The translations under genes were made by a program, and so were the position numbers. A DNA stretch of 64,000 nt from a virus, in IMG/VR virus record IMGVR_UViG_3300045988_090210, one strand, 5' to 3'. The notes under the pieces are model-generated. The model was given only the letters and a program-made list of their open reading frames with translations, did not search any database and was not told the DNA's origin. Shown one piece after another: positions 8,891 to 17,900 of this stretch. Numbering within the stretch: the stretch's first letter is position 1; every line of letters begins with the position of its first letter.

Positions 8891-9704
8891 TTACGAACAT
8901 GATGCCATAGACCGATGGCTTGATATTCGTGTTTCAAATCTTGAAGAGCTTGAAAAGGCCCTTCAAGATAATCTTAATGATACCAAGTTTGTATTCTGGT
9001 TGGGTGTTTTAAACATTACAGGCGAAATTTTTCCTGTAAAAGATATTGGCCACCTATGCCATAAATATAACGCCTTCTATATTTGTGACGCAACGGCCCT
9101 TTTGGGTCATGCTGCTATCGAACCTAATATCGATGATTGGTGCGATTTTTTAGTTCTTGATGGTCACAAAGCCGGGACTGAACTTGGTATTGGTTGTTGT
9201 TGGGTATCAGATAGGTTAGACAAATGGCTCAATGGGTTCAAGTTACATGGCACACCTAATCTCGCTGGTGCATTAGCTATGACTCAAGCTGTTGAGGATG
9301 CTTGCGACAGCCGTAAGCTCAGCCAAAATAGCGCTCATTATGGGGAGCTGTTAGACTATTTGATTGATGGTTTGATTAAAAAGGATATTGATTTTCAACT
9401 TGTTCCCGAATATGAAGAAAATGAACCTCCCAATAAGTTCGTTTTAGCAATCAACGCCATTCGTCTGCCCGGAATTAATGCCGATTCCCTCCAACAGTAT
9501 CTTGCATCTCAACAAATTTATGTATCTATTGGCGGCTCTGCTTGCGCTGAGAAACATGATTATCGAGTGCTAAATGCTTATGGGCTGAATAATGATGAGG
9601 CCAGTGAGGTTATTAGAGTTAGTTTTGGTGAGGATAGTAGTATTGAGGATGTTAAGGCATTGGTTGAAGGAATTAAGGAATTTCAAGATACTTATGTAAA
9701 GTGA
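8871..9704 (+). CDS. cysteine desulfurase (NifS/IscS-like), C-terminal fragment
   Basis: LCIGSNYEHDAI (compare [11 protein letters not shown]). PLP-Lys motif LDGHKAG. Catalytic-Cys loop SIGGSACAEKH (compare SSGSACTS). Has its own ATG with AAAGGA 7 nt upstream. Confidence 0.75.
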   Translation: MLCIGSNYEHDAIDRWLDIRVSNLEELEKALQDNLNDTKFVFWLGVLNITGEIFPVKDIGHLCHKYNAFYICDATALLGHAAIEPNIDDWCDFLVLDGHKAGTELGIGCCWVSDRLDKWLNGFKLHGTPNLAGALAMTQAVEDACDSRKLSQNSAHYGELLDYLIDGLIKKDIDFQLVPEYEENEPPNKFVLAINAIRLPGINADSLQQYLASQQIYVSIGGSACAEKHDYRVLNAYGLNNDEASEVIRVSFGEDSSIEDVKALVEGIKEFQDTYVK

Positions 9705-9714
9705 GGTAAGAATA

Positions 9715-10806
9715 GTGGCCAAAGTGGACGTTAAAAAATTAAAGAAAATGCTCACTTTAAGCCACTATGACACCATCCTTCGTGAGCTTGGCATCCCTAT
9801 CTTTAGCAAGAGCAATACAGAATGGCGTTGTTGGACAGGAGATAAGAACAAAGACCCATATCAAGGTAGCCCAGCCCTTGTCTTTTATACCGATACCAAG
9901 ATATTTTTCGGCATGACTATGGGGCGTTCATATGATTGCATCTCTCTTGTCCAAACACGTCTAAATCTGCTTGGCCAAACTTGCTCATTCCTTGATGCTT
10001 GCAACTGGATTCTTGAGAAAACTAGTATTGACCCAACCAAGATAACCAAGCCCTTTACAAACAACCATGTTTATGATTGGTCTGAACTTGAACGGTTTGT
10101 TAGAGTAAGAAAGTATGGTAATCAATTACCAGAATACAATCGCAACATCATTGACACTTTACCCCCATTATACCCACAAGCATGGATAGATGAGGGTATA
10201 AGCGAAGAAACAATGGCCAAATATCAGATACGATATTATGAGCGTTGTAACCAAACTGTGATACCATGCTTTGATGATGAGGCAAGGTTGATTGGGGTTA
10301 GAGTTAGAAACTGGGACAAGGATAGGGTTGAACAGGCCAAGTATATGCCGTTGATTACATTAGACGGCCAATGTTATAAGTTCAATACCAATCAAGTGTT
10401 TTATGGAATTAACTATAATAAGCCTATGATTGAACAAACTGGTGAAGTTTGGTTGGGTGAATCAGAAAAGTTCACGATGAAACTCGATACATGGTTCGGC
10501 CCTAAGTCCTGTGCTCTTGCTATGTATGGTCATCAACTTGGTATGCAACGTAGAAACCAATTAATCAAAATGGGCGTTAAACGAGTGGTGTACTGTCCTG
10601 ACATGGACTTTATTGGGCAAGACGATGCTTTTTTTGAGGAGTGGTGTAAGTCTGTAAGACGGCTATGCGATATGTTCAAAGGATATTGTCAGGTTGATAT
10701 AGTATGGGATGACAGCGGTGAGTTGTTAGGGCCAAAGGAAAACGCAACAGACAGAGACAAAGAAACATGGGATAAATTGTGGGAGAGCAGAGAGAGGTAT
10801 TTATGA
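9715..10806 (+). CDS. DNA primase, DnaG-like TOPRIM
   Basis: GTG start after GAGGTAAG. TOPRIM-like WLGESEKF...YCPDMDF. The N-terminal region aligns by eye to the DnaG zinc-binding domain but lacks most ligands. Confidence 0.6.
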   Translation: MAKVDVKKLKKMLTLSHYDTILRELGIPIFSKSNTEWRCWTGDKNKDPYQGSPALVFYTDTKIFFGMTMGRSYDCISLVQTRLNLLGQTCSFLDACNWILEKTSIDPTKITKPFTNNHVYDWSELERFVRVRKYGNQLPEYNRNIIDTLPPLYPQAWIDEGISEETMAKYQIRYYERCNQTVIPCFDDEARLIGVRVRNWDKDRVEQAKYMPLITLDGQCYKFNTNQVFYGINYNKPMIEQTGEVWLGESEKFTMKLDTWFGPKSCALAMYGHQLGMQRRNQLIKMGVKRVVYCPDMDFIGQDDAFFEEWCKSVRRLCDMFKGYCQVDIVWDDSGELLGPKENATDRDKETWDKLWESRERYL

Positions 10807-11108
10807 AAATGTTTTTATTAGGCTTTTTGGCATGTTATATTATTGCTTCTTTGTTAATTTATAATGACAATGACGAATGGCTTGATAGATTTATCACCCC
10901 ATTCTGTGCGGTTGGTATTGTTGTTTTAATTATCCCTTCTTTTATTTGGCGATTTGTGCGACTTTGTTTTGTGCCAGTAAGACCGGATGTTATGGATTAC
11001 TTAAAAGATGCTTATATTAAACGTCTATTTGGTAATATTTATTTTTGCCATGATGAAAAAGCTAAGAATTGGTTTAATAAAATTTTTTTGTTTAGATATA
11101 AAAATTAA
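10803..11108 (+). CDS. hypothetical membrane protein
   Basis: The ATG at 10803 overlaps the primase stop (ATGA). Two hydrophobic helices. Confidence 0.5.
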   Translation: MKMFLLGFLACYIIASLLIYNDNDEWLDRFITPFCAVGIVVLIIPSFIWRFVRLCFVPVRPDVMDYLKDAYIKRLFGNIYFCHDEKAKNWFNKIFLFRYKN

Positions 11109-11117
11109 AAATAGCCC

Positions 11118-11146
11118 TTGACAAAAGCCTTTTGGTGTGGTATTAT
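11118..11146 (+). promoter_or_regulatory. sigma-A type promoter
   Basis: TTGACA (11118-11123), 17-nt spacer, TGgTATTAT (11138-11146). An imperfect inverted repeat, AAAGCCTT (11124-11131) / AAGGCTTT (11158-11165), flanks the -10. Confidence 0.6.
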
Positions 11147-11188
11147 CATTACATCACAAGGCTTTGCCTATTATGAGGAGGTTTGTAT

Positions 11189-11620
11189 ATGTACGAACAA
11201 TATACTGATAAGCAGATTGTTGAAATGCTAAAGCCAAAGTTGGCAAAGTTAGGTTGGGGCAAGGACGTTGATAATATTTATTATTATTTTCCAGAGACTT
11301 GCAAAATGATTGCTACTATCTACCGTTCAGCCTACATTCGTGGCCAGCTTGGTCGGAGTTTTATTATTGGTGAATCTAAGCGGACTGAACATTGGGTTCC
11401 TGCGACCAGAGACAATGTTAAGGTTGATCGTCAGGTTAAAATGATTGATGAAGAAAGTCATAGAAGCAATCCTTGGTTTTTTCCTGATGTTGGAACGGTG
11501 GGTATTGTAACTGAACTTAGTTATAATAAGTGTAAAATTCAATGGCCAAAAGACATTACTATCAAACCTAGTAGATGGTGGTGCAATTACGAACGCCTTG
11601 AGGTGCTACTATGCGAGTAA
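11189..11620 (+). CDS. hypothetical protein (C-terminal VGTVGIV domain)
   Basis: SD GAGGAGG upstream of the ATG at 11189. The C-terminus is paralogous to ORF 7008-7271. Confidence 0.5.
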   Translation: MYEQYTDKQIVEMLKPKLAKLGWGKDVDNIYYYFPETCKMIATIYRSAYIRGQLGRSFIIGESKRTEHWVPATRDNVKVDRQVKMIDEESHRSNPWFFPDVGTVGIVTELSYNKCKIQWPKDITIKPSRWWCNYERLEVLLCE

Positions 11621-13251
11621 AACCACTACTATCTAAAATCAACCCCTCTACGTTTATTGAGGATTATCTACAAGCTCACGGTATCGAGCAAACTAACTTA
11701 TACCTAAATCCAGAAGAAGGATGTTTAGACAATCCTCGATTTTATCCTAACATGGACAAAGGAACTGAATTGCTGAAGCAAGCAGTTGATGATGACTGGT
11801 CTATCGGCCTATTGGTTGATGTTGATTGTGACGGTATGTGTTCTGCGACCATTGTTCGTCAGTTCCTTAACACTCAATATAACATTGACCCTGTTATCTA
11901 TATTCGCAAGGGCAAGGCCCATGGCCTAAGAAAGTCGGCCTCAGATGATATTGTGCCGAAGATTATTGAGGATGGCTGCCAACTGCTGATTATGCCAGAT
12001 GCCGGGTCGAATGACGTTGATGAATGTCAAGAGTTGTTAATGCACAGATGTCATACCTTGGTTTTAGACCATCACAAGATTGAGGTTGGCAATCCTTGGG
12101 CTGTTGTCATTAATCATCATTTGGGCGAAGGGCTGAACACGGCTCTATCTGGTACTGGTGTAACGGCTAAGTTTATTGAGTATTACTGTCAGAAATATGG
12201 CTTGTTTATCCCCTATGTAGATGATCTTGTGGCCATGTCTATTATCTCTGATAGCTGTGACCTAACGGCCTTAGAGAACAGATATTATGTCCATAACGGC
12301 CTACACAACGTCCAAAACCCCCTAATTCAAGCCATGTTGCCTTCAGCAGTCAAGCATTACGGCCTAACGCCCACTGGCTATAGTTGGGCTATGATTCCAC
12401 TAATCAATGCTGTATGCCGCAAGGAAGAGACAGATGAAAAGCATGAATTGTTTGACGCTTTTAGTGGACATGGTGATATTGAGTCTACCTTAAAAATGTG
12501 CCGTTCAGCACATCGCCTACAGACAGAGACAGTAAAACAAGCTGTAGAGGAAGTTGAGCCTACTCTTGACCTTGACCATAAGGTGATTATTGGGTTCTGT
12601 GACAGCGGGTTAGCTAATCAAATCGGCCTGATTGCTAATAAGTTTCAAGGCAAGTACAACAAGCCCACTATTCTACTACGCCAAGCAAGCTCTACAACAT
12701 GGTCTGGCAGTCTAAGAAGCCCTGTAGATTTGACTGATGTGGTTAATGAGTCTGGTTTGGCTAAGGCTATGGGTCACAATCAAGCTGCTGGCGTGTTGGT
12801 TCGTAAGTCTAATCTTAACCGCCTGATTGCTTATCTTGATGAGGCTGATTTTCCGCTTGAGCCTGAGATTGATGTGGCTGGGTATATTGCTCCTGAGCAA
12901 ATCAATAACAAGCTCTGTAAGGCTTGCGAGGATAATGCAGAGCTGTGGGGGCAGGGGGTTAGAGAACCCACCTTCTACATCAACACCGAGATTGACGAGA
13001 CTAACGTACAGGTCTTTGAAAAGCGCACTACAACAGTAAAAATTACAGTAAATGGCGTTGATTTTCTGTTGTTTATGGCTACCCCTGAGCAAGTAGACAA
13101 GTTGACACAAAAGGGCAAAAAAAACCTATCTTTGATTGTAACTTTATCTACAAATGAATGGAATGGCGTGGTCAAGCCTCAAGGCAAGATTAAGCAGTTT
13201 GAGGTTGATAGATTTGAAGATAAGGATGAAAGTTGGGAGGATGATTTTTGA
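11611..13251 (+). CDS. RecJ-like DHH-family ssDNA exonuclease
   Basis: DHH motifs: LLVDVDCDGMCS, IMPDAGSND, LVLDHHK. Ends ...ESWEDDF. Confidence 0.8.
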   Translation: MRVKPLLSKINPSTFIEDYLQAHGIEQTNLYLNPEEGCLDNPRFYPNMDKGTELLKQAVDDDWSIGLLVDVDCDGMCSATIVRQFLNTQYNIDPVIYIRKGKAHGLRKSASDDIVPKIIEDGCQLLIMPDAGSNDVDECQELLMHRCHTLVLDHHKIEVGNPWAVVINHHLGEGLNTALSGTGVTAKFIEYYCQKYGLFIPYVDDLVAMSIISDSCDLTALENRYYVHNGLHNVQNPLIQAMLPSAVKHYGLTPTGYSWAMIPLINAVCRKEETDEKHELFDAFSGHGDIESTLKMCRSAHRLQTETVKQAVEEVEPTLDLDHKVIIGFCDSGLANQIGLIANKFQGKYNKPTILLRQASSTTWSGSLRSPVDLTDVVNESGLAKAMGHNQAAGVLVRKSNLNRLIAYLDEADFPLEPEIDVAGYIAPEQINNKLCKACEDNAELWGQGVREPTFYINTEIDETNVQVFEKRTTTVKITVNGVDFLLFMATPEQVDKLTQKGKKNLSLIVTLSTNEWNGVVKPQGKIKQFEVDRFEDKDESWEDDF

Positions 13252-13643
13252 TGAAGTATGAATTTCATGTAGGCGATTACGTTGAGACTAAAAACGATGC
13301 CAGAGGATACGTTGGCGATGTAGATGAAATAATATGGCAATGTACCCAAAGTTCAAATGATTATATGTATGCCGCTGGGTATACTTATCACATCCCTGTA
13401 GAAGAGCTTAATGGTTGCTTCAACCGTATCGGCCAGTATGATTTCACTAAGAAGGATGAGGGTAAGATTGAGCCTTTGTGTGAAGAATATATCAAATTTT
13501 TCCCCATCTATAAAACAACTACTACTGGGAATGATTTGGAATGGTGTGGTATTGACATTGGTGTTGTGGGCAAGAAAATCAACGAGCTTGTCGAGGCCGT
13601 AAATCGTTTGGAGGAGAAAGCTAATGAAATGGCACAAAGTTGA
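13251..13643 (+). CDS. hypothetical protein
   Basis: The ATG at 13251 overlaps the recJ-like stop. SD GGGAGG. Confidence 0.5.
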   Translation: MKYEFHVGDYVETKNDARGYVGDVDEIIWQCTQSSNDYMYAAGYTYHIPVEELNGCFNRIGQYDFTKKDEGKIEPLCEEYIKFFPIYKTTTTGNDLEWCGIDIGVVGKKINELVEAVNRLEEKANEMAQS

Positions 13644-13706
13644 GGATTATACGGTCGGGTTTAACTACTGATTAGTTCATTAATAAAATAAAAGGAGAAA
13701 TAAATA

Positions 13707-14024
13707 ATGATTTTTAGACTTCCTACCTTACAGGATACCGAATTCTTGATGAATTCTAATGATTACAAAGATAGATTTGTAGCAGAGTATTGGCAGACTG
13801 AAATTCGCTATGCAAAGTTACATGAAATGACAGTGAAATATCAGGCTAACAAGCTTGATTTTACTCCTAATTGTCCTTTAGATGTACTTCTAAAGCAGAA
13901 AGTTGCCATGGGACAGTATCTTAATATGCTGGAAATTCGTGCTGAGATTGAGGGTATTAACCTACTAATGGATAATTATTTTACTGTACAAACAAATGCT
14001 ACAGCTAAATATAAGGAGGATTAA
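13707..14024 (+). CDS. hypothetical protein
   Basis: SD AAAGGAG. No motif assigned. Confidence 0.5.
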   Translation: MIFRLPTLQDTEFLMNSNDYKDRFVAEYWQTEIRYAKLHEMTVKYQANKLDFTPNCPLDVLLKQKVAMGQYLNMLEIRAEIEGINLLMDNYFTVQTNATAKYKED

Positions 14025-14092
14025 AAATAACAACTCTAATAGAACTCATTGAATGAAATAATGAATAGAGTCAAAAAAGGGCATAAAAATTA

Positions 14093-14121
14093 TTGACAAC
14101 CATAATTAAATATGTTACAAT
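14093..14121 (+). promoter_or_regulatory. sigma-A type promoter for the methyltransferase gene
   Basis: TTGACA (14093-14098), 17-nt spacer, TGtTACAAT (14113-14121). Confidence 0.6.
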
Positions 14122-14153
14122 TAAACCGTGGAGAAATCTACGGTTTAATTTTT
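14121..14153 (+). terminator. hairpin plus T-run overlapping the promoter's start region
   Basis: TTAAACCGT (14121-14129) / ACGGTTTAA (14140-14148) followed by TTTTT (14149-14153). The expected start site near 14128 falls inside the 5' arm. Confidence 0.55.
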
Positions 14154-14165
14154 AGGAGGGGTTGG

Positions 14166-14900
14166 ATGTACCAGCTTTATAATGGTGACTGTCTTGAAGT
14201 CATGAAGAATATTCCAGATAAATCAGTTGATATGATTTTATGCGATTTGCCTTATGGAATCACAGCCAGAAACAAATGGGATACGGTTCTTCCTTTAGAT
14301 ACTTTGTGGGAGCAATATAATAGAATCATTAAAGAACACGGAATGATTATGTTATTTGCTGACGGCTTGTTTATGGCTGATTTAATGAACAGCAATAAGA
14401 AAATGTGGCGTTATAACCTAATTTGGCACAAAACCACTCCGACAGGATTTCTTAATGCTAATCGTATGCCATTAAAAGCACATGAAAATATATGTTGTTT
14501 TTATAAAAAATTACCAGTATACAATCCTCAAAAAACTACTGGACATCAAAGAAAAACAAGCACCGCAAATCAAAAACGAAACTGTGTTAAAACATTAAAT
14601 TATAATGAACATAATTTAACTACTTATGATAGTACAGAACGATTTCCTACAAGCGTATTAACGTTTTCAACTGATAAACAAAAATGCGCTTTACACCCTA
14701 CGCAAAAACCAGTAGCCTTGCTTGAATGGTTAATTAAAACCTATACCAATGAAGGTGAAATTGTATTGGACAACTGTATGGGTTCAGGTAGTACAGGTGT
14801 TGCTTGTTTAAATACAAATAGGAATTTTATCGGTATTGAGTTAGACGAAGGGTATTTTAAGATTGCAGAGAAAAGGTTGAGAGAAATTGAGTTACTTTAA
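14166..14900 (+). CDS. DNA methyltransferase, beta-class (N6-adenine or N4-cytosine)
   Basis: Motif IV DLPYG precedes motif I DNCMGSGSTG (order IV then I). MYQLYNGDCLEVM N-terminus with SD AGGAGGGG. The tracked start at 14112 was rejected. Confidence 0.8.
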   Translation: MYQLYNGDCLEVMKNIPDKSVDMILCDLPYGITARNKWDTVLPLDTLWEQYNRIIKEHGMIMLFADGLFMADLMNSNKKMWRYNLIWHKTTPTGFLNANRMPLKAHENICCFYKKLPVYNPQKTTGHQRKTSTANQKRNCVKTLNYNEHNLTTYDSTERFPTSVLTFSTDKQKCALHPTQKPVALLEWLIKTYTNEGEIVLDNCMGSGSTGVACLNTNRNFIGIELDEGYFKIAEKRLREIELL

Positions 14901-17900
14901 CAATCATAATCATACAGATATGAGTAATGCTTTACTTGGTTTTCCAGATGTTATTTGTAAAATTCCTGATTTAATTCAAAGAGCATATGATTTAGGTCTT
15001 AAGGGCATTTCAATTTCTGAACATGAAGGAATATCTAGTCATATTAAAGCTCTTGATTATTATGAAAAAATGGAAAAGACACGCCCATTTACGTTAGCTT
15101 TAGCGAATGAGATTTATTTGCTTACTGAGGAAGAAGATAACCTTAATCGCCAAATCCCTAATACCGTCCCTTACTATCACTTTATCTTAACCGCTCTTGA
15201 TACTGAAGGCCACCATCAACTACGCCTACTCTCAACTCGTGCTTGGTTAAGGGGGTGGAGACAGGGTAAGATGTTCCGTAGGCCGACTTATTACTCTGAC
15301 CTTGAAGAAATTATTAAGCCTAATCAAGGCCATGTTATTGCCAGTACAGCTTGTTTAGGGTCGAGGATTGATAAGCTACTACTACAAGAATACAATGATG
15401 GGCGTGGTATGGATACAGCGTTTGGCGAAGCCATGAGTTTACAAAACATCTTTGGCCAGGGCAATTTTTACCTTGAAGTTCAGCCCGCTAAAGACGCTAA
15501 TTCTGACCAAAGCCATGTTAATACCTTAATGTGGGAACTTCATAAAAAAACTGGTGTACCCATCATCCCAACTACTGACTCGCATTATCTCCGCAAAGAG
15601 GACGCTTTTATCCATAAGGTTTATTTACAGTCACAAGAGGGCGATAGAGAGGTTGATGATTTCTATGCCACGGCTTATCTTATGGATGAGGCCGAATTAA
15701 GAGAGCATCTGTTGATTGATTTTAATGATGCTCAAATTGACCAGATGTTTGAATGGAGTTGTGAGTTGGGTGAAAGAATCAAGGGGTACAATATCCAGCA
15801 CAATCCAATTATCCCGCAACTTCCGCTTGACAAGATACCAGACTTTACTATTAGTCATGTATTCAGTGATTATTATGATAAGTACCCAAACTTTGGTTGG
15901 TACTCTAATCGCCCTGAAATACACGAGCAATATTTCTTTAGTCAGATTGAACAGGGACTTCAAGATAAAATTGTAAACAAAGGCAAGCCCATTGAACAAT
16001 ATATCGCTCGACTGGATGAAGAATGGAAAGAGCTAAAGATTATCAGTGAACAGCTTGATACGTCTATGGCCAGCTATTATTCAACTATGTCAGAGATTGT
16101 TGAGCTTATTTGGCAAGCTGGTAGTTTGGCTATGCCAGCGAGAGGTAGTGCAGCGGGGTTCTTAACGTGTTATCTGCTTGAGGTTACACAGATTGACCCT
16201 GTGCCGTTGGGTGATTATATGCCAAGTTGGAGACATTTGAATCATCAACGGGGCGTTGAGTTGCCCGACATCGACAATGACTCAGAAGCCTCAAAGAAAA
16301 AGGCCATAGTTGACAAGATGAAGGAATATTTTGGTGAAGATAAGGTTATCAACGTAGGCACATTCTCTAAAATTTCCTCTAAAACAGCCATTGAACGGGC
16401 TTGTAAGGGTCTTGATATACCAAATGATAAGGCGGCTTATTTTAAGTCTTTAATCCCTGTCAACCGTGGTAAGGTCAGCAAGCTAAAAGATGCTGTGTAT
16501 GGCAACAAAGACAAAGGTATCAACCCAGCACCCGGCCTCAAGTCCGAACTAAGCCAATACCCCCATTTGCTTGAGTCCGCATTAGCTCTTGAAGGGTTAA
16601 TTACTAACCGTGGCACTCATGCGGCGGGTGTATTGGTATGTAACACCCCTTATACAGACTATATAGCCGCTATGCGTTCAGCGGATGGAACGTTAATCAG
16701 TTGCTATGACCTATGGGATGATGAGGTTGCTGGATGTATTAAGTTCGACATGCTCACGGTCGAAGCCGCAGATAAGATTCACCGTACAATGGATTATCTG
16801 CTTGAAAACGGCAAGATTAAGGACGAAGGGTCACTAAAAGAGACTTATTACAAATGGGTACATCCTGATGTATTAGACTATAAAACACCTGATATGTGGG
16901 ATATTCTACCCACCATTTATTCCGTATTTCAGTTTGACACCCCAATCAGCACCAAAGCCCTGTCTGCTACCCATCCTCATAGTGTAATGGATTTGTCAGC
17001 CGCAAACAGCTTACTTCGTCTTATGCCAGACAATGCGGATGAAACACCTATTGACAGATATATCCGCTATAAACAGTCAAAAGATGCTTGGTTGAAAGAT
17101 ACAACTGATTTTGGTTTGAACAAAGATGAACAAGCTATTCTATGGAAATATCTTGCAGACGCTTATGGTATGGCTGACAGCCAAGAAAAGGTGATGCGGT
17201 TGAGTATGGATGAACATACCGCTGGTTACACTCTTAAAGAGGCCAATAAACTCCGTAAATCTATTGCTAAGAAAGATGAAAAATTACAGGCCGAAGCCAA
17301 ACAATTGTTCTTTGATTGTTGTGAATGCCAAGGTACAAGAGAAATCTTTGCTGATTATATCTGGAATGTAGTGTTTGCAGCCAGTATGGGCTACTCTTTC
17401 AGCCAATTACACTCTTATAGTTACTCTATCATCGCTCTACAAGAGCTTAATCTTAACTATTACTATCCTCGTGTTTATTGGAACTGTGCTTGTCTATCTG
17501 TAGAAGCATCTAGTACAGACGAAGAAAATACAGGCTCAACAGACTATGGTGAAATGGCTAAGGCTATCTACAAGATGAAAAAGTATGGAGTTGGGGTTCA
17601 TGCGCCCTCTATCAACGACTCTAACATCGACTTTACCCCTCGTGAAAAAGACAGTGCTATCTTGTTTGGACTTGGCGGTATAGCTGGTATTAACATTGAT
17701 ATTTCTCGCCAAATCCTCTCCAATCGTCCTTACACATCCTTTACTGACTTCTACAACAAAAATGCCTACAAAGGCTCACTTGTTACCAAATCTAAATTCA
17801 TCCAACTAATCAAGGCTGGGTGTTTTGATGAGTTTGAGCCTGATAGACGTATTGTGATGAGACAATATTTTGTCTTATCCACACCCAATGTCACATCTCT

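Noticed and set aside
14112-14165. Tracked N-terminal extension of the methyltransferase (MLQLNRGEIYGLIFRRGW)
   Set aside because: This stretch coincides with the -10 box and the terminator-like hairpin. The canonical MYQLYNGDCLEVM start at 14166 has the SD AGGAGGGG.
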